A stretch of DNA of 35,692 bases from Gemmatimonadota bacterium (GTDB lineage: Bacteria; Gemmatimonadota; Gemmatimonadetes; Gemmatimonadales; GWC2-71-9): assembly GCA_036679605.1 (NCBI GenBank), contig JAZDCZ010000292.1:1-35692 (forward strand), given 5' to 3'. Under the pieces are notes generated by a model. That model was not told where the DNA came from. It did no database searches and saw only the letters and a program-made list of their open reading frames with translations. This document shows, piece after piece, positions 1 to 8,277 of the stretch; positions within the stretch are counted from its first letter, which is position 1; every line of letters begins with the position of its first letter. The position numbers were made by a program, and so were the translations under genes.

Positions 1-109
1 AGCTGAGATTGTTCACGAGCAGTCGCCGTTCTTTTATGACGGTCGTTTCACTCTGAGCGAGAACTGAGAAGAGAAAAGTAAAATCCGTGTCCCGTGCTGG
101 GCCGCCCAC

Positions 110-156
110 AAGGCGTTCGCTCTATCGCGTTCAGCGATAGGTCGAACGCCTTTTTT
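110..156 (+). terminator. Rho-independent terminator-like hairpin just upstream of the first virion-block gene
   Basis: AAGGCGTTCG..CTATCGC-GTTCA-GCGATAG..CGAACGCC-TTTTTT: a long interrupted stem followed by T6, ending 21 nt before the ATG at 178. Confidence 0.75.
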
Positions 157-177
157 CGTTGGCAGAGATAGAAGTCG

Positions 178-1350
178 ATGGCAGCTTTTTCCACCAATCC
201 GTTGTTCCGCCGCGCCTCCAAGCGAGTGCAGAGGGAAGCTCGCGCGCAATGGAAAAAGACAACCGCGGCCAAGTCGGTGGCGCAAGTCCGGTCTGCGCTG
301 AGCGCTGGCAAGCAGGGCGCTGCCGGCGGGGCGATTGGCAAGGCCATCAACCAGTGGAGCAAAGCGGGCTGGACCGACCTGGTCCGATCCTCCCTCTCCT
401 CGTCCGACTTTGGAAGCATGGTTCGCGAGGTGGAGCGATACGCTCGCATGAGCGGTTCTACCGGTCGCTTGGTGAGCGAGTTTCTGGGGTCGATGGGCCC
501 GATTGGATCGCTCATTCGATCGGTGATTTCCAGTCGCGGCTCCGGCCGCAAAAGCGGTGTGGGCGGCGACATTCAGGCGGCGATCGACTTTCTCGACGCC
601 GTGGCGCCGGAGAGTCTCTCGGGCCGTGGACGGAAGCGTTCGACATTGCACAAGCCGGCCTCCAGGCGGACTGCCAGCGAAGTGGCCGCTCAGATCGACG
701 CGGCCAAGCAGTTTCTGGAGACGCAAGGATTTGAGGTCAAGCCACAAGAGGGAAAATTGGTGGGAGGTGAGCCTATCCCACCGGGCGCCGTGATGCCAGG
801 CGATCCCACGCCTGAGAGCCAGGCAACCTACCCGGGCGGCGTACCGAAAACGACCGGCAGGGGAACGCCTCGGAAGGTGGTCGACGTCGACATCCAGGGG
901 ACCGGGCGCAGATTTCCGGTCAACCATCCGATTGTCACCAAGCGCATGGTCCTGACGCCGCAATCCTCCAATGTCTTCAGCTACTCCTACGACGTCGACA
1001 CCTGGACGCTCTACGTCCGCTTCCAGTCGCACATGGTCGTGGGAGTCCCGGGCAGCCTCTACGGCTACTCAAGTGTTCCACCGGACGTGTTCCTGAAAAT
1101 GTACGCGGCGCCGTCGAAGGGAACTTTCATCTGGGACAACATTCGGATCCGCGGCACGGTCTCAGGCCATCGATACGATTATCAGCTCGTGGGCATCCGC
1201 AACAACTACGTCCCCCGCAAGGCGACGATGACCGCCGAAGGGGAGAGGTACGTGCAGCGAACTGTCAAGGTGAAGAGTGTGAGCACCGGCAAGATTCGAG
1301 TGCTCAGAAGCGGCGGCGATATGCAACCCGCGCCTAGCCACTACCGGTAA
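178..1350 (+). CDS. KTSC-domain-containing phage protein (390 aa)
   Basis: The C-terminal segment SSNVFSYSYDVDTWTLYVRFQ...GSLYGYSSVPPDVFLKMYAAPSKGTFIWDNIR matches the KTSC pattern (SS.I....YD.....L.V.F..G..Y.Y..VP......L..A.SKG.F....IR). The gene is in the same operon as the portal. Confidence 0.8.
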   Translation: MAAFSTNPLFRRASKRVQREARAQWKKTTAAKSVAQVRSALSAGKQGAAGGAIGKAINQWSKAGWTDLVRSSLSSSDFGSMVREVERYARMSGSTGRLVSEFLGSMGPIGSLIRSVISSRGSGRKSGVGGDIQAAIDFLDAVAPESLSGRGRKRSTLHKPASRRTASEVAAQIDAAKQFLETQGFEVKPQEGKLVGGEPIPPGAVMPGDPTPESQATYPGGVPKTTGRGTPRKVVDVDIQGTGRRFPVNHPIVTKRMVLTPQSSNVFSYSYDVDTWTLYVRFQSHMVVGVPGSLYGYSSVPPDVFLKMYAAPSKGTFIWDNIRIRGTVSGHRYDYQLVGIRNNYVPRKATMTAEGERYVQRTVKVKSVSTGKIRVLRSGGDMQPAPSHYR

Positions 1351-1362
1351 AGGAGTCTAATC

Positions 1363-3819
1363 ATGGACGCTACTCAAAATGGCCAGCACCGGATGGGCGA
1401 AGATCGCCATGACCTCAACACCGATCCGGCCTCCGGGATCCAGGGAATGCCGCCGAACCTGGGCGACTGGGCACTGCGTCACACCTTTACGTTTGTGGGC
1501 ATTGCCGGTTCCCAGGCCAAGGTCTATCGGCCCAGCGACGAGGCGATTCGCGACTCGTTCGACAATGCACAATTCATGCGCAACGACATCACCGTCATGG
1601 AGTGTGTCGAGATGCGCCAGCGTGCGGTGGCGCTGTTGGACTGGAGTATCGAACCGGAAGACGCCCAGGACGCGGAGCAGGTGGCAGTCGCCGATACGCT
1701 CACGAAGATTCTCAAAAAGATTCCGCGTTTCATGCAATATCGCGAAAACCTACTCCACGCCACCTGGTACGGAAAGTATGGCATCCAGCACAAATGGGGC
1801 TATCGCTGGGTGGCCGGCAAGATGCGTCCGATGCCTTTGAAGTGGCTGCCCGTGAGTGGCGACAAGATCGTCTATCGTTACGACGACGGCATGACCGATC
1901 ACCGTCCCGATCAGATCGGCATCCGCGTCGGCGCCGGCATCTACAGCGGCCCCGACCTGCGGAACTCCCTGCAAAACGAAATGAAATCGCAAGGCTTCCG
2001 GGGGAAGATCGAGTCCACCGATCATGGCTTGGCGTATTTCCTGGATACGTGGGAGAGGACCCTGCTGGCCGTTCACAAGTACCGCATTGAAGACGGTGAA
2101 TATCACGACCCGTCCCACGCTGGCCGCATCCACGGCGTAGGTGTCCGGTCGGTCCTCTACTGGACCTGGTATCAGAAGCAAGAGACGCTAGCCAATCTGA
2201 TGGAATTTCTCGAGCGCTCCGCCACGGGGACGGAACTGTGGTACTACCCGATGGGTAACAAGCAAGCGCACGATGCGATGGAGAAGGCAGCCCAGGAAAA
2301 GATCGGCAACGGTCGAAACATCGTATTGGTGCCGCGGCCGTTAGGCGAAGATGGGCAGCAGTACGGGGTCGAACACGTAGAGCCTGGCATGGCGGGCGCC
2401 GAGCAGATTAAGTCGATCATCACCGAATACTTCGGCCACGCGATCAAGCGTTACATCCTCGGTCAAACACTTACGACCGAGGCGTCGGCCACGGGACTCG
2501 GCAGCAGCTTGGCAGACATCCACCTCGACACGTTCATGCAAATTGTCCGTTACGATGCGATGCTTTTGGAAGAGACAATTACCACGGACCTGCTTGATCC
2601 GCTCAAGAAACTCGGCTTCCCGAAGCACGCCAACGTCGACTATCAGATCCGGATCCACACCCGCGAGCCAGACGCCGATCAGATCATCGAAGCGATGATG
2701 AAAGCCTACGACATGGGCCTGCGGCTCGACGCGCAGCAGCTGCGCGACTTGATCGGATCGCCAAAACCGGAAAAAGACGCCGAAGTGCTCGACAAAATGG
2801 AACAGATGAAAGCCGAGCAAGAGGCGGCCCAACCTCCGCCGGAGCCTGGCGGGATGCCACCAGGCAACATGATGGCCCCTGGGTCAAGCATTGGGGCAAT
2901 GAACGGCGACCAGCAAGCTGGCGTCAACGGCGACGCGCAGTCCGCGAAGAATTCCGCACCGGCCGAGGCGACTGAGCAGGCCGAGTACGTGGCCAATGGT
3001 AACCCCAGCGAGAACAGCGATCGGCAGCGGCTCGTCGGCAGCGACGACCAGCGGGTCGATCACTATCGTCGCTTCCGTTACGACGGTGAGACTGACCTTG
3101 ACGATCGGATCGACAAGGCGGCTAGCGAAACGGACACTAACCCCAGCGACAAGCAACGTGAAGCGGGCAACTACCGCAAGGGGCGATTCCATTGGAACGG
3201 TCTGGAGCTGGTGATCGAGACGCCGCGCGGAGTGAAACGCCGTCCAGAATGGCCCGCGATGCCGGCACACTACGGATACATTCGCCGGTTCGAGAGCGAA
3301 GCGGACGGAGACCACATTGACATTTTCATCGGTCCGAAGCCAGATAGCGAACTCGTGTTTGTCGTGGACCAGGTCACGCCTAGCGGGCGCTTCGACGAGC
3401 ACAAGGTGGTCCTCGGCTGTATCTCCGCCAAAGAGGCCGACACGCTTTATCGCGAGGCCTACACTTCCGGCTGGAAGGTGGGGAAGATCACGCCGATGAC
3501 GGTCAGTCAATTTCTGACGTGGCTGGAGAACGGCGACAGCAGCAAGCCGATCGAGAAACAAGTCGCGGCCTATGCGGCCGACTGGAATGAACCAGCCCAC
3601 AAGCGGGGCCAGGGCGGCCAGTTCGTTCCGGACCTGACCGGTTGGGACGTCGAGCGCAAGCAAGAGCCTTCCCTCCCCGGTCAGACAGGTCTTTTCTCGG
3701 ACGTGGATCCCGGCCTGGTGGGAGCAGCACAGCCCACCAAGAAAGCAGGTGCCAAACGCGACCCCAACCAGCGACAGATGTTTTTCCGCCGCCAGGTGCA
3801 AGAGGCACTGCGCGGCTGA
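1363..3819 (+). CDS. Portal protein (Mu gp29/DUF935-like) fused to a phage inorganic-pyrophosphatase-like (InPase) domain and a tagged C-terminal tail (818 aa)
   Basis: RBS AAGGAG. Portal-like motifs RQRAVALLDWSIEP, LLHATWYG, ILGQTLTT...GLGSSLADIH, LEETITTDLL. After a P/Q/G-rich linker: GNYRKG...IETPRG...MPAHYGYI...ADGDHIDIFIG...VFVVDQ...FDEHKVVLG, the InPase signature seen in phage polyvalent proteins. Confidence 0.85.
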   Translation: MDATQNGQHRMGEDRHDLNTDPASGIQGMPPNLGDWALRHTFTFVGIAGSQAKVYRPSDEAIRDSFDNAQFMRNDITVMECVEMRQRAVALLDWSIEPEDAQDAEQVAVADTLTKILKKIPRFMQYRENLLHATWYGKYGIQHKWGYRWVAGKMRPMPLKWLPVSGDKIVYRYDDGMTDHRPDQIGIRVGAGIYSGPDLRNSLQNEMKSQGFRGKIESTDHGLAYFLDTWERTLLAVHKYRIEDGEYHDPSHAGRIHGVGVRSVLYWTWYQKQETLANLMEFLERSATGTELWYYPMGNKQAHDAMEKAAQEKIGNGRNIVLVPRPLGEDGQQYGVEHVEPGMAGAEQIKSIITEYFGHAIKRYILGQTLTTEASATGLGSSLADIHLDTFMQIVRYDAMLLEETITTDLLDPLKKLGFPKHANVDYQIRIHTREPDADQIIEAMMKAYDMGLRLDAQQLRDLIGSPKPEKDAEVLDKMEQMKAEQEAAQPPPEPGGMPPGNMMAPGSSIGAMNGDQQAGVNGDAQSAKNSAPAEATEQAEYVANGNPSENSDRQRLVGSDDQRVDHYRRFRYDGETDLDDRIDKAASETDTNPSDKQREAGNYRKGRFHWNGLELVIETPRGVKRRPEWPAMPAHYGYIRRFESEADGDHIDIFIGPKPDSELVFVVDQVTPSGRFDEHKVVLGCISAKEADTLYREAYTSGWKVGKITPMTVSQFLTWLENGDSSKPIEKQVAAYAADWNEPAHKRGQGGQFVPDLTGWDVERKQEPSLPGQTGLFSDVDPGLVGAAQPTKKAGAKRDPNQRQMFFRRQVQEALRG

Positions 3820-3839
3820 CAGCGGTTTAGCAGGGAATA

Positions 3840-4055
3840 ATGGCAAACGTACTCGAAAAATCTATCCGTGATAGCAACTCGGCACGCAAGCTAACCGCCA
3901 TTCGCAAGCTGCAGCGCCTGCTGGTGGCCATGGAACAGCCTGGATTTACCGGGTCGATCGAGATATTGATCCACGGCGATCTCGGGAAAATCGGCAAAAT
4001 GCGAGCCCGGCTCGACGATTGGGACAATCCGAATCCGCCGCAAGCGAGAAAATAG
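3840..4055 (+). CDS. Small hypothetical protein (71 aa)
   Basis: ATG with an upstream AGGGA; fills the gap between the portal and the next promoter; contains a GFTGSIEILIH beta-hairpin-like segment. Confidence 0.6.
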   Translation: MANVLEKSIRDSNSARKLTAIRKLQRLLVAMEQPGFTGSIEILIHGDLGKIGKMRARLDDWDNPNPPQARK

Positions 4056-4056
4056 C

Positions 4057-4086
4057 TTGACAAATTGCCCGGCAATCGCCAAGAAT
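4057..4086 (+). promoter_or_regulatory. Candidate sigma70-type promoter for the head-tail block
   Basis: Perfect TTGACA at 4057-4062, 18-nt spacer, AAGAAT at 4081-4086; begins immediately after the preceding stop codon. Confidence 0.5.
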
Positions 4087-4136
4087 GCACACTGACGGCA
4101 AAGTGCCATCCACAATTCAATCTCCGGTACTTTACG

Positions 4137-4184
4137 AAAAAGGCCGGGTTCGCAACCTCAGCGGTTGCGAGCCCGGCCTTTTTT
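4137..4184 (+). terminator. Strong rho-independent terminator, potentially bidirectional
   Basis: AAAAAGGCCGGGTTCGCAACC-TCAGC-GGTTGCGAGCCCGGCCTTTTTT: about 21-bp stem with one G-U pair, an A5 run before and a T6 run after. Confidence 0.85.
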
Positions 4185-4217
4185 ATTTGCCCCGAGGCAC
4201 TTGAGCAAACCGATGCG

Positions 4218-6008
4218 ATGGACGCACTGCTTGATGCCCCCGACGTGCAAGCCTCCGACGCCGCGTTGGAGTTGCCGCAGGGCAACGTGCGAGAGCCGGG
4301 AGATTTTCCCGAGGAAGAGTTCCTGACGATCCCCAACGTGCCGGTGTTCGCCGAGCACAAAACCATGGCCAGCGATGATCGCGAGATCAACTTTGGATAC
4401 CACGAACTCAAACTGGTTGCCGATCGATGCAATCGTCGCATCGCCGAAAGTGGCGACTACGCCGCCGTCTGTATCGGGCACACGCCCAAGCCAGAGGCCA
4501 AGGCGTCGGGAGCAGCAGATCCTGACGTGGTTGGCTTTGCTGGGCCTTTTCGCATGGGCCGTATCGGCCAAGCTGGGACGCGACAACGTCATGCAATTCT
4601 CGCCGACTTCCACATCTTCCGAGATGACGTCACTCGATTCAAAAAGCATCCTCGCCGCAGCCCGGAGTTGTGGCTGGAGGACAGTTACGACGAAATGTTT
4701 CTCGACCCGATTGCGTTGCTCGGTGCCGAAGCGCCACGTCTCGACCTGGGGCTCTTGTATTCGGCAGTCTTGCACCGCAACGGGCGTCAGGTACTACGCG
4801 AAAAGTACACCGCCGTCGCGCCTGGCCCCAGCAACGTGTTTATTCCCGATGCCGGCGACCAAAGACGCTATTCACCCTCAGCAGACGAGGATACTCAAAT
4901 GGACGTAAACGACGATCTGGTCGCCAGAATCTGTGAAGCAATCGGGCAAACCGACGAAATGAAGTTCGTGCAAAAAATGATGGCCGAACAGTCGGGTGGC
5001 ATGGCGGGCGGCGAAGTCGCCATGGATGTACCCAGCCCTGCCATGGCATCGGTGGAACCTCCCGCACCTCCTGCCGCGTCACCTGCCGGACCGGACCCAA
5101 TGAATCAGGGACCTCCCGAGGGACCTCCCCCGGTCCCACCGGAAGACGAGGATCCCACGCAAAACATGCGTCACATGAAAACCTACGCGGCCATGGACGA
5201 AATGGAGGACGACGAATTGGAGCAATATATGTCCCGTCGTCGCAAAGGGCATCGCCGCATGGGCAGTCAGGGCAAGTACGAAGCGGGCAGCGGCAACGCG
5301 GCCGGCGAGTACCAGACCGCCAACCAGAGCGAGCTTGGCTCAGGAAAGCAGGAGCGATCCGAGACGAGCGGCGCCCCCACGCCTTATCAGGCCGAAGGGT
5401 CGGCGGACGGTAGCCGGGAAAATCCCAGCGGCACTGGCACGGCCAACGGCTCGATGGAGATTGCCACCGGTTCGGTTGACGAGGCGAATGGGAGCGGCAG
5501 TAACGCCGCCTCGACTTACTCTCGCAACGGCCATGGCAATTCGGTGCTCTACCAGCGTCTGCAGGTGGAACTGCGAACGCAGTCCGACCGCAGCGACAAG
5601 CTGGAGCAATCCCTAGTGATCGAGCGAAACAATCGGATCAATGCCGAACGCTACCAGCGTCTCCAGGGATTGCAGCTGGAGGGTTTCACGCTGGATCCGC
5701 AAGACGAAATGGAGCGTCTTTCCGCCGACAAGATGTCGACCGAACAATTCGACGAGACGGTGAAGTCGATCACGGAGCATTACCAGCGCATGCCGACGGT
5801 CGGTCTGCCTTACTCGGCGGAAGCCGTGATGAATGATCCAGGGCGCCCTGGCAGCCGCAACGAACAGGAGCGGTACAGCAGAGCCTGCGGGCAAAGAGCG
5901 GAAGAGATTTGCATGAGCATCATCAACCAGGGCGGTGATCAACCAAACTTTGTCACGATCCTGGACGAGGTGAAGGCCGGCAAGCACGGCGAAGTGTTGG
6001 TCGCTTAA
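4218..6008 (+). CDS. Prohead maturation protease with C-terminal scaffold (Mu gpI/gpZ-like)
   Basis: Lies between portal and capsid genes. IGHTP, LADF and RRSPEL motifs fit the His/Asp/Ser residues of Mu gpI-type head proteases. Low-complexity then coiled-coil C-terminal part. Start moved to the in-frame ATG at 4218 because the longer ORF from 4065 runs through the promoter and terminator. Confidence 0.75.
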   Translation: MDALLDAPDVQASDAALELPQGNVREPGDFPEEEFLTIPNVPVFAEHKTMASDDREINFGYHELKLVADRCNRRIAESGDYAAVCIGHTPKPEAKASGAADPDVVGFAGPFRMGRIGQAGTRQRHAILADFHIFRDDVTRFKKHPRRSPELWLEDSYDEMFLDPIALLGAEAPRLDLGLLYSAVLHRNGRQVLREKYTAVAPGPSNVFIPDAGDQRRYSPSADEDTQMDVNDDLVARICEAIGQTDEMKFVQKMMAEQSGGMAGGEVAMDVPSPAMASVEPPAPPAASPAGPDPMNQGPPEGPPPVPPEDEDPTQNMRHMKTYAAMDEMEDDELEQYMSRRRKGHRRMGSQGKYEAGSGNAAGEYQTANQSELGSGKQERSETSGAPTPYQAEGSADGSRENPSGTGTANGSMEIATGSVDEANGSGSNAASTYSRNGHGNSVLYQRLQVELRTQSDRSDKLEQSLVIERNNRINAERYQRLQGLQLEGFTLDPQDEMERLSADKMSTEQFDETVKSITEHYQRMPTVGLPYSAEAVMNDPGRPGSRNEQERYSRACGQRAEEICMSIINQGGDQPNFVTILDEVKAGKHGEVLVA

Positions 6009-6080
6009 CAGAGTTCACGAATCACAACTTAAACGTAATTGCAGTCGTACCCGTAACGGGTTCATTCGAGGAGTAAAACC

Positions 6081-6506
6081 ATGTCTCAGCCCACCCAACG
6101 CATTGTGGCAGGCGGCAACATTTTGCCGTTCCGTTTCGTGAAGCCAGATACCACGGCGGATCACCAGGGTCTCCAGGCGTCCGCCAACGCGGAAATCATC
6201 GGCGTGGCAGGTGAAGAAACCAAGTTCGCGCCGCTCTCTGATTTGGTAACCACCAACAATCACGCGGAGTCGGGTGATACCGTCAACCTGCACGGCCCTG
6301 GTGGGGAGGCGCTGGTGGAAGCTGGTGCGGCGTTTGCTGCCGGCACGCGACTCAAGGCCGACAGTGTGGGCCGGGCCGTGGCCATCGCCACCTCCGGAAC
6401 CACCGTTCAAGAATACGGCGGTCGCTCGCAGGAAGCTGCTGCGGCCGCAGGCGAGAAGATTCGCATCAACGTGGAGCCCGGTTCTATCCGACCCGCGCTC
6501 TCTTAG
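6081..6506 (+). CDS. Capsid cement/decoration protein (DUF2190-like, 141 aa)
   Basis: RBS GAGGAG. Small Ala/Gly-rich protein with IIGVA...GDTV...VEAGAAFAAGTRLKADSVGRAV; directly upstream of the major capsid gene. Confidence 0.75.
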   Translation: MSQPTQRIVAGGNILPFRFVKPDTTADHQGLQASANAEIIGVAGEETKFAPLSDLVTTNNHAESGDTVNLHGPGGEALVEAGAAFAAGTRLKADSVGRAVAIATSGTTVQEYGGRSQEAAAAAGEKIRINVEPGSIRPALS

Positions 6507-6653
6507 CATTTGAAAGTCACATTGTTTGTTGATACCCCGAAGTTAAAAATCACAAATCGACGGCTAGGTTGGCCCCCGAAAAACCGGATTACCTGTCCGG
6601 TTGCCGTCGAACACAAACGGGTGCCGTGGGGACGGTGATGGAGAATTATTCCA

Positions 6654-7694
6654 ATGGCCGCCGTCTATCCGGGCCCCCAAAACACGTTCGTTCGCGCCCA
6701 CGAACATTCCAATAAGATGGTAATCGACTTCGCACGCAACATTAAAAAGTTTGCCGTGAACAAGTACACGAAAACCGTGCCGGTCAAAAAAGTGGCGGGC
6801 TACTACCTCGAAATGACCATCGAAGAGGCGGGTCGGATCATCAATGCCGATCTCCGCAACTTCGTCTGGTACGACGGCCAGGCGGCGCCCGAGGGCGTGG
6901 ACGGCCGCGAGTCGTTCGAGTTCAAGCCGTTCGAGTCGGTGCGTTATGCCTATCCTTTCCAGCTCGGCGATCTGACGATCGACCAGGCGAGTTGGAACAT
7001 TTTGGATCACCATTCCTCGATTCACAGCCGCCAGGCCATGACGGGTCGCACACAGCTGGCGGTCACGCAGCTAACCACCACGGGCAACTATGCCGCGAGT
7101 CACGTGATGGATGTCACCACGATCAGCGGGAACACGGGCAATTGGGCTCAATCGACAACCGCGCGGCAGGATATCAAGCGGTCGCTCACGACGGCCGGCG
7201 AGAAGATCCTGGACGATACGCTGGCGGCGATCGAGCTGGATGACCTGGTGTTGGTGATCAATTCGGCGATGGCCGCAGAGCTGACCCAAAGCCAGGAAAT
7301 CGTCGACTACATCAAGGGCTCGCCCGAGGCGCTCGCGCAAGTGAAAGGCGAGTTGTCCGGAACCAACACGATGCACGGTCTGCCGAACAAGCTGTACGGC
7401 TACCCACTTGTCGTCGAGGCGGCTCGCAAGGTCACCACGAAGAAAGGCGCTACGACCAACCGGTCGCAGGTGCTGGCCAAGGCCACGCCTTTCTTGTGTG
7501 CTCGGCCGGGAAGCATTGTCGGCGTTGCCGACGCCCCCAACTTCTCGACCTGCGTCTGCTTTGCCCAGGAAGAGCTAACGGTCGAGACCCTGAGAGACGC
7601 CAACAACAGACGGACTCAAGGGCGGGTTGTGGACAACATCGTTTACAAGATGGTTGCTCCCGTGAGTGGAGTTTTGTTCCAGGCCGCAGCGTAA
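6654..7694 (+). CDS. Major capsid protein (HK97 fold, 346 aa)
   Basis: Size and position after protease and cement genes. Features include GNW after a long helix, LVLVINSAMAAEL, and GLPNKLYGYPLVV, typical of HK97-fold capsid proteins. Confidence 0.85.
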   Translation: MAAVYPGPQNTFVRAHEHSNKMVIDFARNIKKFAVNKYTKTVPVKKVAGYYLEMTIEEAGRIINADLRNFVWYDGQAAPEGVDGRESFEFKPFESVRYAYPFQLGDLTIDQASWNILDHHSSIHSRQAMTGRTQLAVTQLTTTGNYAASHVMDVTTISGNTGNWAQSTTARQDIKRSLTTAGEKILDDTLAAIELDDLVLVINSAMAAELTQSQEIVDYIKGSPEALAQVKGELSGTNTMHGLPNKLYGYPLVVEAARKVTTKKGATTNRSQVLAKATPFLCARPGSIVGVADAPNFSTCVCFAQEELTVETLRDANNRRTQGRVVDNIVYKMVAPVSGVLFQAAA

Positions 7695-7706
7695 CTGTTT
7701 GCCGAT

Positions 7707-7747
7707 TGCCCCGGCCCATGTTCTTCCGTTTGCATTGGGCCGGGGCA
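7707..7747 (+). other. GC-rich hairpin after the capsid gene (mRNA-stabilising or partial terminator)
   Basis: Perfect 12-bp inverted repeat TGCCCCGGCCCA ... TGGGCCGGGGCA with no following T-tract. Confidence 0.6.
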
Positions 7748-7773
7748 TGAGCAATCACGGGATGACTTGAGAC

Positions 7774-8274
7774 ATGGCCGCCTATGCCAACTCCGCTGAC
7801 ATGACTGCCCGCTTCGACGAGCGGACGCTCAAGGAATTGGTCGTCGACGACAACACGCCAGAGACCAACCTCGCCACGAATGTGAAGATGACCGCCGCTT
7901 TGGCGGATGCGACCGGGGCGATCGACGCGGCTCTGTTGGTCGGACAGATGTATGACCCGGATGACCTGGATGCCCTGACCGATGAATCGCTGGCGTACTT
8001 GAAGCGGATTACGTGCGAAATTGCCCTGTGCTATCTCGTTCGTCGGCGCCCGGAGAAGTATGGCAAGGCTAGCAAAGAGATCAAGGAAAATGTGGACGCT
8101 ATCCTGGACCAATTCCGCAGCGGTGTGCGGGTGTTTGACATCGATGCCAATCGCCAGGCGGGGCTGCCGACGGTCGACGGCCTCACCGTGGTTCAGTATC
8201 AGGGACTGGGTCTGCATCGCGACATCAGTCATATGTATCCCCGGCGCCGACTGCCCGTAGGAAGAGGGACGTAA
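7774..8274 (+). CDS. Head-tail connector (Mu gp36/DUF1320-like, 166 aa)
   Basis: N-terminal YANSADMTARF, then ALADATGAIDAAL and LKRITCEIALCYL, matching the gp36-like adaptor pattern; follows the capsid gene. Confidence 0.8.
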   Translation: MAAYANSADMTARFDERTLKELVVDDNTPETNLATNVKMTAALADATGAIDAALLVGQMYDPDDLDALTDESLAYLKRITCEIALCYLVRRRPEKYGKASKEIKENVDAILDQFRSGVRVFDIDANRQAGLPTVDGLTVVQYQGLGLHRDISHMYPRRRLPVGRGT

Positions 8275-8277
8275 GCC

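Noticed and set aside
34..1032. 332-aa - strand ORF and similar antisense ORFs across the virion operon (e.g. 2884..3846, 7450..8232)
   Set aside because: Antisense shadows of well-supported + strand genes, expected at high GC content.
4087..4136. Known riboswitch (e.g. c-di-GMP, from GGCAAA) in the leader
   Set aside because: Only a short motif match, and the required two-stem architecture is not evident. An Rfam search would be needed.
4065..4217. TTG start and N-terminal extension of the protease ORF
   Set aside because: It overlaps the predicted promoter and terminator hairpin. ATG 4218 is more plausible.
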